This document shows, piece by piece, positions 20,085 through 30,356 of a DNA stretch of 64,000 nucleotides. The stretch comes from a virus. Taxonomy: Duplodnaviria; Caudoviricetes. The position numbers and the translations under genes are program-made. Numbering within the stretch: the first letter of the stretch is position 1; the number at the start of each line of letters is the position of its first letter. The stretch covers positions 96,001-160,000 of the IMG/VR virus record IMGVR_UViG_3300031669_005479. One strand, given 5' to 3'. The notes beneath the pieces are model-generated. The model was given only the letters and a program-made list of their open reading frames with translations. It did not search any database and was not told where the DNA came from.

Positions 20085-20092
20085 ATAAATAC
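20085..20092 (-). promoter_or_regulatory. Putative late promoter motif GTATTTAT
   Basis: 23 nt upstream of the start at 20061. Confidence 0.6.
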
Positions 20093-20207
20093 TGTGATTT
20101 AAAAAAATAATAAAAAAATTCAAGATTTTTATTTTATACTCGTATTACTACATGTATGTCAGATTATAAAATGATAATAATTAAAGTAAATTTTTAACTC
20201 AAATTAT

Positions 20208-22097
20208 ATGGGTAGGGATAGAATAAAGGAAAATGAAGATTACAATTCAATGCTTTTTACTAATAATAGTAATCAAATTTCAAAATTTAAGGAAGAAATT
20301 GGTAAACTTTTACCTAATGACATAAAAATTAAAGCAAAAAATGAAAGTCAGGTTAAGTTAATCAATTCAATAAAAAATAATGAAATTACTATTTGTGCTG
20401 GTCCTGCAGGAACTGGAAAAGCACAACCATTAGATTCATTAATTTTATCTGAAAATGGTTTTATTAGAATGGGTGATATTACATTAAAAGATAAAATTTT
20501 TTCAAAATCTGGAAATTTAACAAATGTTATTGGTATTTTTCCACAAGGAGAAAAAGATATATATAAAATAACTTTTAGTGATAATAGTGTAGTTGAATGT
20601 TGTGATGAGCATTTATGGTTGGTTAAATCAGCAAAAGACAGAGAAAATAAAAAAAACTTTAATGTTAAAGAATTGGTCGATATTAAAAAGGATTTCATTC
20701 TAAAAGGAAATGGTCGTAAAAATTATTCAATACCAATAACAAAACCAATTAATTTTTCTAGTAAAGAAGTTACCATTAATCCCTATTTAATGGGAATTTT
20801 AATTGGTGATGGTTGTTTTGTATCACCCAATGTTAGATTAACAACAGTTGATAATGAAATTTTAAATAAATTTAATGATTTATTAGATGATAATTATATT
20901 CTAAGTCAACAAAATTCTGATTTAATTAGTTATAATATAATATTTAAAAATTCTAAAGATTCTAAAAATAGATTTAATGATAATTTAATTCCATTTACCA
21001 CATTAATAGCGAATTATGATTTATTGGGATTAAAATCTAATGAAAAATTTATTCCTAATGATTATAAATTTAATTCGGTTGAAAATAGAATTGAATTATT
21101 GCAAGGATTAATGGATAGTGATGGTACGATTGAAAATAAAAGTAGGAGTTTATCGTTTTCAACATCATCAAAAAAATTAATTGATGATTTTAAATTTATT
21201 GTTGAATCTTTAGGTGGTGTTGTTAACAAGCTACGTATAAAAAAGGGTGGGTATAAAAAAAATAGCATTTACATCGCATGTAAGGAAAGTTATACTTATT
21301 CATTTAGATTACCCAATAATATTATACCATTTAAATTATCAAGGAAATTAATTCTCTTTAAAGAAAAAACCAAATATCTTCCAATAAGATATATTAAAAA
21401 TATTGAATATGTTGGAAAAAAGGAGGCACAATGTATAATGGTCGATGATGAGTCACATACTTATTTAACAAATGATTTAATTGTGACACATAATACTTTC
21501 GTGGCAATTGCATATGCATTAAGTTTATTAAGAAAGCCAAGTAATCACTATAAGAAAATATATTTGGTTAAGTCGGTTACGACACTAAAAGGTGAAGAAA
21601 TTGGTTTTCTAAAGGGTGATTTGAAAGAAAAAATCGAACCATTTATGTGGAGTTTTACAATAAATATGGAAAAAATTTTAAATGATACAATAATTAAGGA
21701 ATTGGTTAATCGAGATGTTATCAGATATTTTCCACTAGCATATATGCGTGGTGCGAGTCTTGATGATTGCATCATTATTGCAGATGAAATGCAAAACGTT
21801 ACGCTTGATAATTCACGAACACTTCTTACTCGTATTGGAAGTAACAGTAAATTAATTTTACTTGGAGATATTAATCAGATTGATATGAAAAATAAGCGTG
21901 AAAGTTCTTTAGAAATCATACTAAATATATTTGATAATACAGATAGTATTGGTGTAATTAAAATGTCTGAAGATGATACTAATGTTAGAAATCCACTTAT
22001 AACAATAGTTGAAGATAAATATAAAGAATATTTTACTTTAAATAAAATTAGTGGTCACAAAAAAATGTTATTGATTGAAGATAATGGAAGAGAATAA
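20208..22097 (+). CDS. phoH: PhoH-family ATPase interrupted by an intein
   Basis: GPAGTGK|T Walker A, EEIGFLKGDLKEK, PLAYMRGASL, IADEMQN, LLTRIG, GDINQID. Confidence 0.92.
   Translation: MGRDRIKENEDYNSMLFTNNSNQISKFKEEIGKLLPNDIKIKAKNESQVKLINSIKNNEITICAGPAGTGKAQPLDSLILSENGFIRMGDITLKDKIFSKSGNLTNVIGIFPQGEKDIYKITFSDNSVVECCDEHLWLVKSAKDRENKKNFNVKELVDIKKDFILKGNGRKNYSIPITKPINFSSKEVTINPYLMGILIGDGCFVSPNVRLTTVDNEILNKFNDLLDDNYILSQQNSDLISYNIIFKNSKDSKNRFNDNLIPFTTLIANYDLLGLKSNEKFIPNDYKFNSVENRIELLQGLMDSDGTIENKSRSLSFSTSSKKLIDDFKFIVESLGGVVNKLRIKKGGYKKNSIYIACKESYTYSFRLPNNIIPFKLSRKLILFKEKTKYLPIRYIKNIEYVGKKEAQCIMVDDESHTYLTNDLIVTHNTFVAIAYALSLLRKPSNHYKKIYLVKSVTTLKGEEIGFLKGDLKEKIEPFMWSFTINMEKILNDTIIKELVNRDVIRYFPLAYMRGASLDDCIIIADEMQNVTLDNSRTLLTRIGSNSKLILLGDINQIDMKNKRESSLEIILNIFDNTDSIGVIKMSEDDTNVRNPLITIVEDKYKEYFTLNKISGHKKMLLIEDNGRE
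20421..21494 (+). mobile_element. Class 3-type intein (Ala1) with LAGLIDADG endonuclease, 358 aa
   Basis: Starts AQPLD, ends VTHN before Thr; Trp in block B (CCDEHLW), Cys in block F (AQCIMV), Thr in block G; motifs MGILIGDG and LQGLMDSDG. Confidence 0.88.
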
Positions 22098-22368
22098 AAT
22101 AATTGTAATATATGTTGGTATTGCAGGTCTTCGCAGTGAAGATATTGAACAATATGTAATGAAATTAAAAAATAAAATTTCTCCAACATCGGTAAATGGT
22201 GAGGTCATATTCATACCAACACAATCGTATGATACTAGGATTGATTGTATTAATCCAAAATATATAACTGATAGAGAATTGATTCAAGAACATACAAATA
22301 TGATGCATAAATTAGAAAATGAGTTGAAAATTCAGCTCGATATATTAAAAACAAAAAATCATGAGTAA
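22075..22368 (+). CDS. Hypothetical protein
   Basis: 97 aa overlapping both neighbours; true start may be the second Met. Confidence 0.6.
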   Translation: MKIMEENKIIVIYVGIAGLRSEDIEQYVMKLKNKISPTSVNGEVIFIPTQSYDTRIDCINPKYITDRELIQEHTNMMHKLENELKIQLDILKTKNHE

Positions 22369-23095
22369 ATTAAAAATAGGTATTGTTATTGACGAAATAC
22401 TTAGAGCCAAATGGCTTCAATTTGATAGATTTTATGCACAAGAATTTGGTGAAGAACAGCACGAACCAAATTATGTATATGATTTATTTAATGGGTATAA
22501 ATGGGATGATACTTTGGAAGAAGTTAAAGAAATGCGAGAACCAGAAGAAATTCCAGAAAATATTAACCCACTCGACTATCAACCAAATGAAAATGGAGAA
22601 GTACCAGCAGATTTTTTATTGTTTAGAAAATCTGAAAAGGTAAATGTTACTGCAAAAGAAATGTATAATCGTTTTATGTATGAAGACTATTTGTTTGAAA
22701 TACATGGTGCTGCAACTGTAATGTATAAGGGAATGGATTTGCATGTAAATAATTTTTTGCAAAAATATGAAGGTAATGTAGACTTTACTGTAATGAATGT
22801 TGAAAATCGTTTTAGCATTCCACCAACACTTTTCTTTCTTAGTAAAATGTCGTGCAGATTTAAGAATTATAAATTTGTTAATAATTCTGTGGATATGTGG
22901 AACGATGTTGATATTTTAATCACAACCGACCCATATATACTAAAATTGGGAGCACCTTGGGGTAAGAAAATTATAAAATTAAAACGACCATATAATGAAG
23001 AAATTTCTACAGGTTCTATGGAAGTATTACAAATTGCAGACTTAATCGATAATTCTGATTTTGAAAAAATAATTAAATATAAAAAAAGTAAATAA
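22361..23095 (+). CDS. HAD-like 5'(3')-nucleotidase-related protein
   Basis: KIGIVIDEIL N-terminal strand with Asp; C-terminal DILITTDP...IIKLKRPYN resembles the NT5C family. Confidence 0.5.
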   Translation: MSKLKIGIVIDEILRAKWLQFDRFYAQEFGEEQHEPNYVYDLFNGYKWDDTLEEVKEMREPEEIPENINPLDYQPNENGEVPADFLLFRKSEKVNVTAKEMYNRFMYEDYLFEIHGAATVMYKGMDLHVNNFLQKYEGNVDFTVMNVENRFSIPPTLFFLSKMSCRFKNYKFVNNSVDMWNDVDILITTDPYILKLGAPWGKKIIKLKRPYNEEISTGSMEVLQIADLIDNSDFEKIIKYKKSK

Positions 23096-23096
23096 A

Positions 23097-24296
23097 ATGA
23101 GTGAAGAATTACGTAGTGCAGCACAACAAGCTGAATTAGAAAAAACTGAAAAAATTAGGGTGTCTTTAGATAAACTTGTTAATAAAACATCAAAATTTTT
23201 ATTCATTATACCAGAATCACCAAGTCCTGCTGCAAGTGTGTATGAAATATACTTTCATGCAAGTGTTGTTAAAAATATGGGATATGAGGTTATTATTATG
23301 GTTGAAAAGGGTGATTATGTAATACCTGCATGGATTGAAAAGGAACTTACTGATCATAAGCATATGTCAATGTCAGACCCAAAACTTTCTGTTGGTCCTG
23401 AAGATATTATGATTATCCCAGAAGTGTATACAAACGTTATGGAACAAACTAAGAATTTACCTTGTGTTAGAATTGGATTACTACAATCTGTCGATTATAT
23501 GGTTAATTCGTTAATTCCTGGCACTGATTGGGAATCATTTGGAATTCACGATATTATTACAACATCGCAGTCACTCAAGGAATGGGTTGATGTATACTAT
23601 GGTAATAAATTTAATATTAAGGTATATGATATTGGAATTCCAGAATATTTTGAGAAATCAAATACACCACAAAAACCAATTATATCTATTATGGGTAGAA
23701 ATGCAAATGAAATTAGCAAGTTTGTTAAATTGTTTTATGCTAAAAATCCACAATATAATTGGGTAACATTTGACCCTATGCTTACAAAGTCAAAGCCACC
23801 ACAACCAATGCGCAGGGTTGATTTTGCAAAGAGATTGCGTGAAAATTTTGCAGCAGTATGGATTGATAGAATTTCATCGTTTGGAACGTTCCCGCTTGAG
23901 TGCATGAAATCTGGCGTAATTCCAATTGCATTAAAGCCAGATATTATGCCAGAATATATGATCGAAAGAGATGAAAATGGTGTTGGTGTTAGGGCGGTTG
24001 ATGGTGCAGGGGTTTGGACAAATAATTATTACGATCTTCCAGTTATGACTGGTGAGGTATTAATTAAATTTCTGGATGATAGTATTACTTCAGAACTATA
24101 TGAATCAATGGATAAGGTTGTGAGTAAATATACACAGAAAGCAAGTGAAAATATGCTAATCGAAATTTATTCTGAATATGTTAATGACAGAATTAATTTA
24201 TTGCGTTCTGCAATAGAACCAGTTGCTGAATCAGAATCAAAACAATCTACAATAGAATCAGTTGTTGAATCAGAATTAAAACAATCTATTGAATAA
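23097..24296 (+). CDS. GT-B fold glycosyltransferase (GT4-like)
   Basis: DIMIIPEVY, IITTSQ, and SSFGTFPLECMKSG matching the GT4 EgFG.P.LEAMA.G motif. Confidence 0.7.
   Translation: MSEELRSAAQQAELEKTEKIRVSLDKLVNKTSKFLFIIPESPSPAASVYEIYFHASVVKNMGYEVIIMVEKGDYVIPAWIEKELTDHKHMSMSDPKLSVGPEDIMIIPEVYTNVMEQTKNLPCVRIGLLQSVDYMVNSLIPGTDWESFGIHDIITTSQSLKEWVDVYYGNKFNIKVYDIGIPEYFEKSNTPQKPIISIMGRNANEISKFVKLFYAKNPQYNWVTFDPMLTKSKPPQPMRRVDFAKRLRENFAAVWIDRISSFGTFPLECMKSGVIPIALKPDIMPEYMIERDENGVGVRAVDGAGVWTNNYYDLPVMTGEVLIKFLDDSITSELYESMDKVVSKYTQKASENMLIEIYSEYVNDRINLLRSAIEPVAESESKQSTIESVVESELKQSIE
24211..24288 (+). repeat. 39-bp tandem duplication at the end of the GT-B gene
   Basis: caatagaaccagttgctgaatcagaatcaaaacaatcta followed by caatagaatcagttgttgaatcagaattaaaacaatcta; three differences, all C versus T. 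Confidence 0.9.
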
Positions 24297-24325
24297 AAAT
24301 AATTATAACATTATAATATAAAAAT

Positions 24326-25150
24326 ATGAATATTACTGCAATAATTCCAGTCCATGAATACAATGACAAAATTTCAAGTTATTTAGATAAGGCTGTTGAA
24401 TCTATAATGAAACAAGAGGGTGTTGAGTTACCAGAAATTATCTTGGTATATGCTGCATCAATTGAACCCGAAATCAATGATTTTAATAATCAAATGATTA
24501 GTAAATATCAGGATACGATTAAATTAGTTTTACTAAAAAATAGTGATAATACTGAATATCAGTCACAAGTTAATCTTGCTGTCGATATGGTCAAAACAGA
24601 CTATTTTACAGTAATTGAACTTGATGATGAATACAGTGTGTCTTATTTTAAGAATTCAAGTAAGTATATCGAAAGTTATCCAGAAATTGACATATTTCTT
24701 ACGATGATGGTTGAGGTTAATGATAATAATCAAGGAATTAAATTGACAAATGAAACTGTTTGGGCACAACAATTTGTTGGTGAAAACGGTGAAATGGGTT
24801 ATTTAAACATTAATTCATTAAAGCAATATTCTGATTTTAAACTCAGTGGTGCAATCATTAAAAAATCAGAATTTATTAATTTAGGTAGATATAAAGTAAA
24901 TATTAAATTGGCATTTATGTATGAGTTCTTACTCAGAGCATTAAATAATGCAAGTAAAGTATTTTCAATGCCTAAAATTGGATATAAACATCTTGCAACT
25001 AGAGAGGGTAGTTTATTTGATGGTTATTTGAAAAATATGCCTGTCGAGGAAAGAAAGTTTTGGTTTGAAACTGCAACAAAAGAATCTAATTTTATTGGTG
25101 ATAGAGTTATAGATACATCAAAACTTAATAAAACTGTTGCTCAAAAATAA
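24326..25150 (+). CDS. GT2-family glycosyltransferase
   Basis: ITAIIPVHEY...AVESIMKQ...FTVIELDDEY. Confidence 0.75.
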   Translation: MNITAIIPVHEYNDKISSYLDKAVESIMKQEGVELPEIILVYAASIEPEINDFNNQMISKYQDTIKLVLLKNSDNTEYQSQVNLAVDMVKTDYFTVIELDDEYSVSYFKNSSKYIESYPEIDIFLTMMVEVNDNNQGIKLTNETVWAQQFVGENGEMGYLNINSLKQYSDFKLSGAIIKKSEFINLGRYKVNIKLAFMYEFLLRALNNASKVFSMPKIGYKHLATREGSLFDGYLKNMPVEERKFWFETATKESNFIGDRVIDTSKLNKTVAQK

Positions 25151-25174
25151 TCAATATTCTTGAATTTGTTGTAA

Positions 25175-25927
25175 ATGAAAGAAGTTGAAAATGGTGCACA
25201 ATATTTTGCTGAAAGGGAAGAACAAGCAGTTATTGATTATATAAATTCAAATTCTCTGGAAGAGAAAAATAAAATTTATAATGAAATACTGATTGAGCCA
25301 TTCAGAAAAATGATACAATCTATTTTAAGAAGATACCCCATCCATATCGGTAATTACGATATGGTTGAGGTTGAATCTAATGCTCTGACACATCTTATTG
25401 AGCATATGGTCAAATTTAATCCAGATAAAATAACTAAATCTGGAAATAGAACAAAAGCATTTAGTTATTGTCAAACAATTATTAGAAATTATTATAAAGA
25501 CCATAGCAAGAAAAGTTATACTGAAAAAAAAATTAATTTATCATATGATGATTATGCCGATGAAATTAATGAAAATAGCGATTATTCATATGAAATTGAA
25601 ATTGAAACACAACATCAACTTGAAAAATTAATCGATTCAGTAATCATGAAAATCGAAAACATGATTACTGAAGAATCGACATTAAAAAGAAATGAAATTA
25701 TTGTTGGTGATGCAATTATTAATGTATTGAAAAATTGGCATATTTTATTTATGGAGGAAACACCAGAAGGAAAATATTCAAAAAGGGTTACCAATAAATT
25801 TGCTAAAAATAAAATATTGCTATTTTTAAAGGAACAAACAGGACTAACAACAAAAGAAATTAGAATTGGCATTAAACCATTTAAGGAAATATATTTTGTT
25901 GAAAAGATGGACTATTTGGATGACTAA
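25175..25927 (+). CDS. Phage sigma factor, T4 gp55-like (late transcription)
   Basis: KFNPDK...KAFSYCQTIIRNYY resembles the gp55/sigma region 2 FDP.K..NAF.Y.T.I..N pattern. Confidence 0.6.
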   Translation: MKEVENGAQYFAEREEQAVIDYINSNSLEEKNKIYNEILIEPFRKMIQSILRRYPIHIGNYDMVEVESNALTHLIEHMVKFNPDKITKSGNRTKAFSYCQTIIRNYYKDHSKKSYTEKKINLSYDDYADEINENSDYSYEIEIETQHQLEKLIDSVIMKIENMITEESTLKRNEIIVGDAIINVLKNWHILFMEETPEGKYSKRVTNKFAKNKILLFLKEQTGLTTKEIRIGIKPFKEIYFVEKMDYLDD

Positions 25928-26018
25928 TAAATGTTGAATTTATGGTATTGGTTGAACAAAAATGTCTATTTTAATTAAAAAAATGAAATATCATTAAATA
26001 GAATAAATTAAATAACTA

Positions 26019-26027
26019 GTATTTATA
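26019..26027 (+). promoter_or_regulatory. Putative late promoter motif GTATTTATA
   Basis: 20 nt upstream of the start at 26048. Confidence 0.6.
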
Positions 26028-26047
26028 TGTACTAAAACCTACATGTC

Positions 26048-26440
26048 ATGCCAAGACCACAGAGACGAAAATTAGAATTTAATGAAGATAGTGTTAATAA
26101 ACTGCTTCAAGAAATTTATGATGATACCCATAACATAAGAGCAAAAATTACTAGGCTATTTACTAAGTGGGAAACTAAAGTAAAAGAAAATGGTGAAGTT
26201 GCTGCAATTGGTGACCAAATTGTTAAACTTATTGCTGCGGAAGCAAAAAATCAAGATCAAAAAATCATGTTGCTCCGTTATTTAAAAGAAGTTGTGTTTG
26301 ATAATAAAATTGGTATTACCAGCAGTGCAAATGATAAAAAAACTGATGAGAAAAGTAATGTAACCACTGATAGAAGAAATGAGTTACTCAATTTTGTTGC
26401 AGATGAAATTGAGAAAAAGGAAAGAGAAAAGGGTAGATAA
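26048..26440 (+). CDS. Hypothetical helical protein
   Basis: 130 aa, first gene of a late + strand run. Confidence 0.6.
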   Translation: MPRPQRRKLEFNEDSVNKLLQEIYDDTHNIRAKITRLFTKWETKVKENGEVAAIGDQIVKLIAAEAKNQDQKIMLLRYLKEVVFDNKIGITSSANDKKTDEKSNVTTDRRNELLNFVADEIEKKEREKGR

Positions 26441-27819
26441 TGAGTAGAGCAAGCGATAAATCTGCAACATTCAGTAAAATTCGTGCAATGAATTCTGCTA
26501 ACATGCAAGGTAAAATGCCTAAGCAGTTAAATTCATTGCCATCAATCAATAATAAAACCGAGCCAATACCATATTTGCTCGATATGTTAAAGGTTGTTGC
26601 AGGTTCAGAAGCATTGAAAATGTTGGTTGGTGGCCTTCTAACTAAAGTTGTTGGAAGTGCAGAGCCAAAAGTAAAGTCTGTAATTAAAAAACAATTTACT
26701 CAATCAAATTCAAGCAATTCATTACCAGCATCATTTAAAACAAACGGTGTTAACATACCCATGAAAACACTTGATCCACAAAAAAAATTGCAAGTTAGTC
26801 CCACATCAACAAATACTGGTGGTAAAATATTGTATGGTTCGCCAAGCAATAATAACTTTGATTATCGGGTTCGTGATTCGTTGAGACTTTCTGGACAACC
26901 AGTTCAAACAAATAATATGCAAATTATGCATAATGCAGGAATTGATAGTCTTAATATAAAACCTGCTATAAGTAGTTCAAGTTTAAATGTTGGTACATAT
27001 TTTAGTCAATTTGTTGATAATAGCCAACTTATAAATACAAATGAAATTGTTGGTAGTACAATGGATAGAATTTTTGGCACAATGTCCAAAAGTCAAAATA
27101 AATCTGCCGAACAAATATTGGATGAGTTACAAACAGAAAAGATGTTAGAACAGGTAATTAATGGTGATGATTCATTTGTAATTTCACCTGAAGATAATGC
27201 TGCATTACAGAAGCAAGCGTTAGAAACTGCACAAGGTGTATTAAATTATGATATGGGTTGTGGAATAATGCCATCTTCACTATCAATGAATGCGCTCAAT
27301 ACAATGATAAATACCATATCTGGGTCAACTGATCCCAATGCTGTTTCAAATGCAATTGAGGATGCGCTAGATGCAAGTCTTTCAGGAAATACTGATGTTT
27401 CTGCAGAAAATAAACAAACAATAAAAGATGGTTTTTTCACTAAGTTGATTAATACCCTTACTGTTAAACTATTGGCAGCAGTAACGACAGCACCACAAAT
27501 ACGTGCATTGATGGGAATTATGAGTAGTATTCAAAATAATGGATTGATGCTTCTTACTAGCGTAAAGGATGATATTAAAAAATGGAAAATCTACATAAAA
27601 TGCCTAGCAAAAGAAATTTTAACAATGGTTGCTGAATTTATATTTGCATTGGTTGTTGCATATTTAATTAAGTTGATAAAACCAATTGTAGTAAAAATTG
27701 TAAAAGAAAAGGTTAATCAATTTGTTAGAATAATAAAAAGTTTAGTTTCAGCAAAAGCCGCAGCACTTTCTAGTGCTGTTGCAGGAAGTGCCGATACTTC
27801 AGCAGGACCACCAACATAA
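26440..27819 (+). CDS. Hypothetical virion-associated protein
   Basis: 459 aa in the spike gene cluster; hydrophobic C-terminal helices. Confidence 0.5.
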   Translation: MSRASDKSATFSKIRAMNSANMQGKMPKQLNSLPSINNKTEPIPYLLDMLKVVAGSEALKMLVGGLLTKVVGSAEPKVKSVIKKQFTQSNSSNSLPASFKTNGVNIPMKTLDPQKKLQVSPTSTNTGGKILYGSPSNNNFDYRVRDSLRLSGQPVQTNNMQIMHNAGIDSLNIKPAISSSSLNVGTYFSQFVDNSQLINTNEIVGSTMDRIFGTMSKSQNKSAEQILDELQTEKMLEQVINGDDSFVISPEDNAALQKQALETAQGVLNYDMGCGIMPSSLSMNALNTMINTISGSTDPNAVSNAIEDALDASLSGNTDVSAENKQTIKDGFFTKLINTLTVKLLAAVTTAPQIRALMGIMSSIQNNGLMLLTSVKDDIKKWKIYIKCLAKEILTMVAEFIFALVVAYLIKLIKPIVVKIVKEKVNQFVRIIKSLVSAKAAALSSAVAGSADTSAGPPT

Positions 27820-27843
27820 ACATAGAATTTAATACTTAATTAT

Positions 27844-28020
27844 ATGATAGTAGACCAAAAATTAAACAAACAATTTGTCGGAGTTTATCTTATCGATGGT
27901 GAGATAGATGGCACACAACTTGCAACGACAATAAAACCAAATTTGTTTAGAAGATTAATGACAAGTTGGTTTTTGGGTTGGAAATGGATTAGCATTAAAC
28001 AGTTAAAAACCAAGAAATAG
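27844..28020 (+). CDS. Small hypothetical protein, 58 aa (not in ORF track)
   Basis: MIVDQKLNKQFVGVYLIDGEIDGTQLATTIKPNLFRRLMTSWFLGWKWISIKQLKTKK; fills the gap and its stop is 2 nt before the next start. Confidence 0.6.
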   Translation: MIVDQKLNKQFVGVYLIDGEIDGTQLATTIKPNLFRRLMTSWFLGWKWISIKQLKTKK

Positions 28021-28022
28021 AA

Positions 28023-28430
28023 ATGGCAATTGATTTTACTAGTATTGATTCAATTATTGGTGGGTTTGATAAAGTATTGAGTCTATCGACTGTTGGTGGT
28101 CCACCACCTGTGCCCACACCATTAATACTAATTGGTGTTCCACAACGTGCTGGATTATCACCAACAAAAATCGCAACCAACATTATCGCCAGAAAAAGCG
28201 AAGCTGGGTTGCCAGTAGGTGTTTTACCTAATGGTAATACAAATCCTGATGAAATTATGGAACGAATTAGAATTGAAGAAATTGTTAAAGCACTTCAGGA
28301 AGATGCAATTATTAGCGTGGGCGTACCACCAGGTATAACACTTACGGCAGCAGGTATTTCACCATCTGGTCCAGTTTCAGTTTTTGGTTCAACGATAACA
28401 TTTATTAAGGGATATGGAGTAATACAATAA
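28023..28430 (+). CDS. Pro/Gly-rich small structural protein (possible spike-associated)
   Basis: 135 aa, Pro/Gly-rich, two genes upstream of the gp5-like gene. Confidence 0.4.
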   Translation: MAIDFTSIDSIIGGFDKVLSLSTVGGPPPVPTPLILIGVPQRAGLSPTKIATNIIARKSEAGLPVGVLPNGNTNPDEIMERIRIEEIVKALQEDAIISVGVPPGITLTAAGISPSGPVSVFGSTITFIKGYGVIQ

Positions 28431-28636
28431 TGGAAAATTTGAGTGGATATACTTCAACGCAGTTACTTAAAATTGGAAATGATATTAAGAAACAATATGA
28501 TGAATTAAAAGTTGACATTGTTAACGAAACGTATTTGCTTCAGGAAGTTGAAAATAGATTAAATGAAAAACTTTCTAAGTTTGAACTGCTCGAAAAACAT
28601 TATACAACAGTTATTAATGAAATTAATAAAAGATAG
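28430..28636 (+). CDS. Hypothetical coiled-coil protein
   Basis: 68 aa; TAATG stop/start overlap. Confidence 0.55.
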   Translation: MENLSGYTSTQLLKIGNDIKKQYDELKVDIVNETYLLQEVENRLNEKLSKFELLEKHYTTVINEINKR

Positions 28637-28638
28637 TT

Positions 28639-29541
28639 ATGTATAATAAACCATATCTACAAAGAAGTAGGCCAAATGAACAGGTACAATCTACGATTAA
28701 TGTAAATAGAACAATATATTATGGCAGGGTTGTTAGTATTGATGACAATACTGATGGTGGTGCTATTAAGGTATTTATACCAGATTTGGATAATTTTACA
28801 TCCGATTCTGATTTGCCTTGGTGTTATCCATTACTGCCAAAATTTTTTCATATATATCCTCAAATTAATGAAGTTGTGCGTATTTTACTTGAAGACAATA
28901 AATTTCCACAAAGAAGTAGGTATTGGTTAGGTAGTGTTATATCACAACCGCATAAAATTGGTTTTGATTCATGTAAAACTGCGTTATCTACAACTAATTA
29001 TGGTGCTGTTCAGCCAGATAGAGCACCCAGCACATATCCAGATGCACAAGGTGTATATCCACTAAAAACAGATGTGGCACTTGTTGGTAAAGTTAATACT
29101 GACATTATTTTGAGAGATAGTGAGGTTCATATTCGAGCAGGTAAGCATGAAAATGGTAGTGTTTTAAAATTAAATACCACAAATCCTGCAGATATTAGCA
29201 TGACATACGAAATAAAACCAAGCATTTCTGACACTAAAACAGTAACATACTATAGTAATACCGTTATTATGAGTGATAAAATTGCCATAATTTCCCATAC
29301 TGGTGATCCCCAATATAGGGCAGCAAGAGTAACTGCTGCAGATAGAACCGATATGTTTAATACTGGACATCCTATGGTGCGTGGCGATGTGCTTATTGAA
29401 GCACTAAATGTAATTAAGGACGCACTAATAAATCATATTCACGGATATTCGGCAATATCTGCAGAAAAAACAGAAGTAATTACAAAATTAGAAAAACTTG
29501 AGTTGGAATTAATGTTACAACCAAATATTGTAATTAATTAA
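28639..29541 (+). CDS. Baseplate central spike, gp5/Vgr-like OB-fold protein
   Basis: YYGRVVSIDD...IKVFIP...LPWCYPL...PQINEVV...YWLG pattern followed by beta-helix-like repeats. Confidence 0.7.
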   Translation: MYNKPYLQRSRPNEQVQSTINVNRTIYYGRVVSIDDNTDGGAIKVFIPDLDNFTSDSDLPWCYPLLPKFFHIYPQINEVVRILLEDNKFPQRSRYWLGSVISQPHKIGFDSCKTALSTTNYGAVQPDRAPSTYPDAQGVYPLKTDVALVGKVNTDIILRDSEVHIRAGKHENGSVLKLNTTNPADISMTYEIKPSISDTKTVTYYSNTVIMSDKIAIISHTGDPQYRAARVTAADRTDMFNTGHPMVRGDVLIEALNVIKDALINHIHGYSAISAEKTEVITKLEKLELELMLQPNIVIN

Positions 29542-29560
29542 TTTTTTTGTAGATTTGTCC

Positions 29561-30355
29561 ATGATTGATCTTCAAATACCGAATGAACTATATACATCAT
29601 TTAATGATGTTACGTATTATGATGAACCGCATAAGTATTACCTTAATGGAAATGAATTAATTTCAGTAACAACTATTATTCATAGGTATCAAGAAGAATT
29701 TGATGTAGAATTTTGGTCTTATAGTAAGGGAATTGAGTTTAATCTAAGCCCAGAAATTATTAAGAGGGCATGGAATTTCATAAATAAAAAGGGAACAATT
29801 AAGGGTTCTGCAATACATAATTATAGTGAAAACTTATTTCAAAATAAAATATTCGAATATCCAAAACAATTGATATTAAATGAATTTGGTTTTGATCCAA
29901 TATTACCTGAATTTAATATTACAAAAAAACACGTAGATAAATTTTATTCTGATGTTCATGGTAAGTTAATACCAATTAGAACTGAAATGATTATATATGA
30001 CCGTGAGTCATTTATTGGAGGGATGGTCGATATGTTGTTTTATAATGTAAAATGGAAGTGTTTTCAGATTTTCGATTGGAAAACTAATAAAAAATTTACT
30101 ACTGAAAATAAGTCAAAATATTTATTAAATGATTTATTTGTGCTGGAAGATACCGATTTAACTATATACTCATTACAACTTAGTTTATATAAATATATTA
30201 TAGAAAAAAATACTGGAATTAAACTTGGAAAATCATATGTTGTTTGGTTTTCACACAATAATTCGTCATATAAAATTATTGAAACCATAGATATGACATA
30301 TTACATAAAAAAAATTATTGAGAATAGGATATCTGAATTATCTATACGTAGTTAA
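29561..30355 (+). CDS. PD-(D/E)xK exonuclease (RecB/Cas4-like)
   Basis: HKYY...ISVTT, GSAIH, GGMVDMLF...IFDWKT, YSLQLSLYK; ATG at 29561. Confidence 0.8.
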   Translation: MIDLQIPNELYTSFNDVTYYDEPHKYYLNGNELISVTTIIHRYQEEFDVEFWSYSKGIEFNLSPEIIKRAWNFINKKGTIKGSAIHNYSENLFQNKIFEYPKQLILNEFGFDPILPEFNITKKHVDKFYSDVHGKLIPIRTEMIIYDRESFIGGMVDMLFYNVKWKCFQIFDWKTNKKFTTENKSKYLLNDLFVLEDTDLTIYSLQLSLYKYIIEKNTGIKLGKSYVVWFSHNNSSYKIIETIDMTYYIKKIIENRISELSIRS

Positions 30356-30356
30356 T

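Noticed and set aside
29561-30355. Part of a CRISPR-Cas locus
   Set aside because: No other cas genes or array in the window, and the Cas4 cysteine cluster is not evident.
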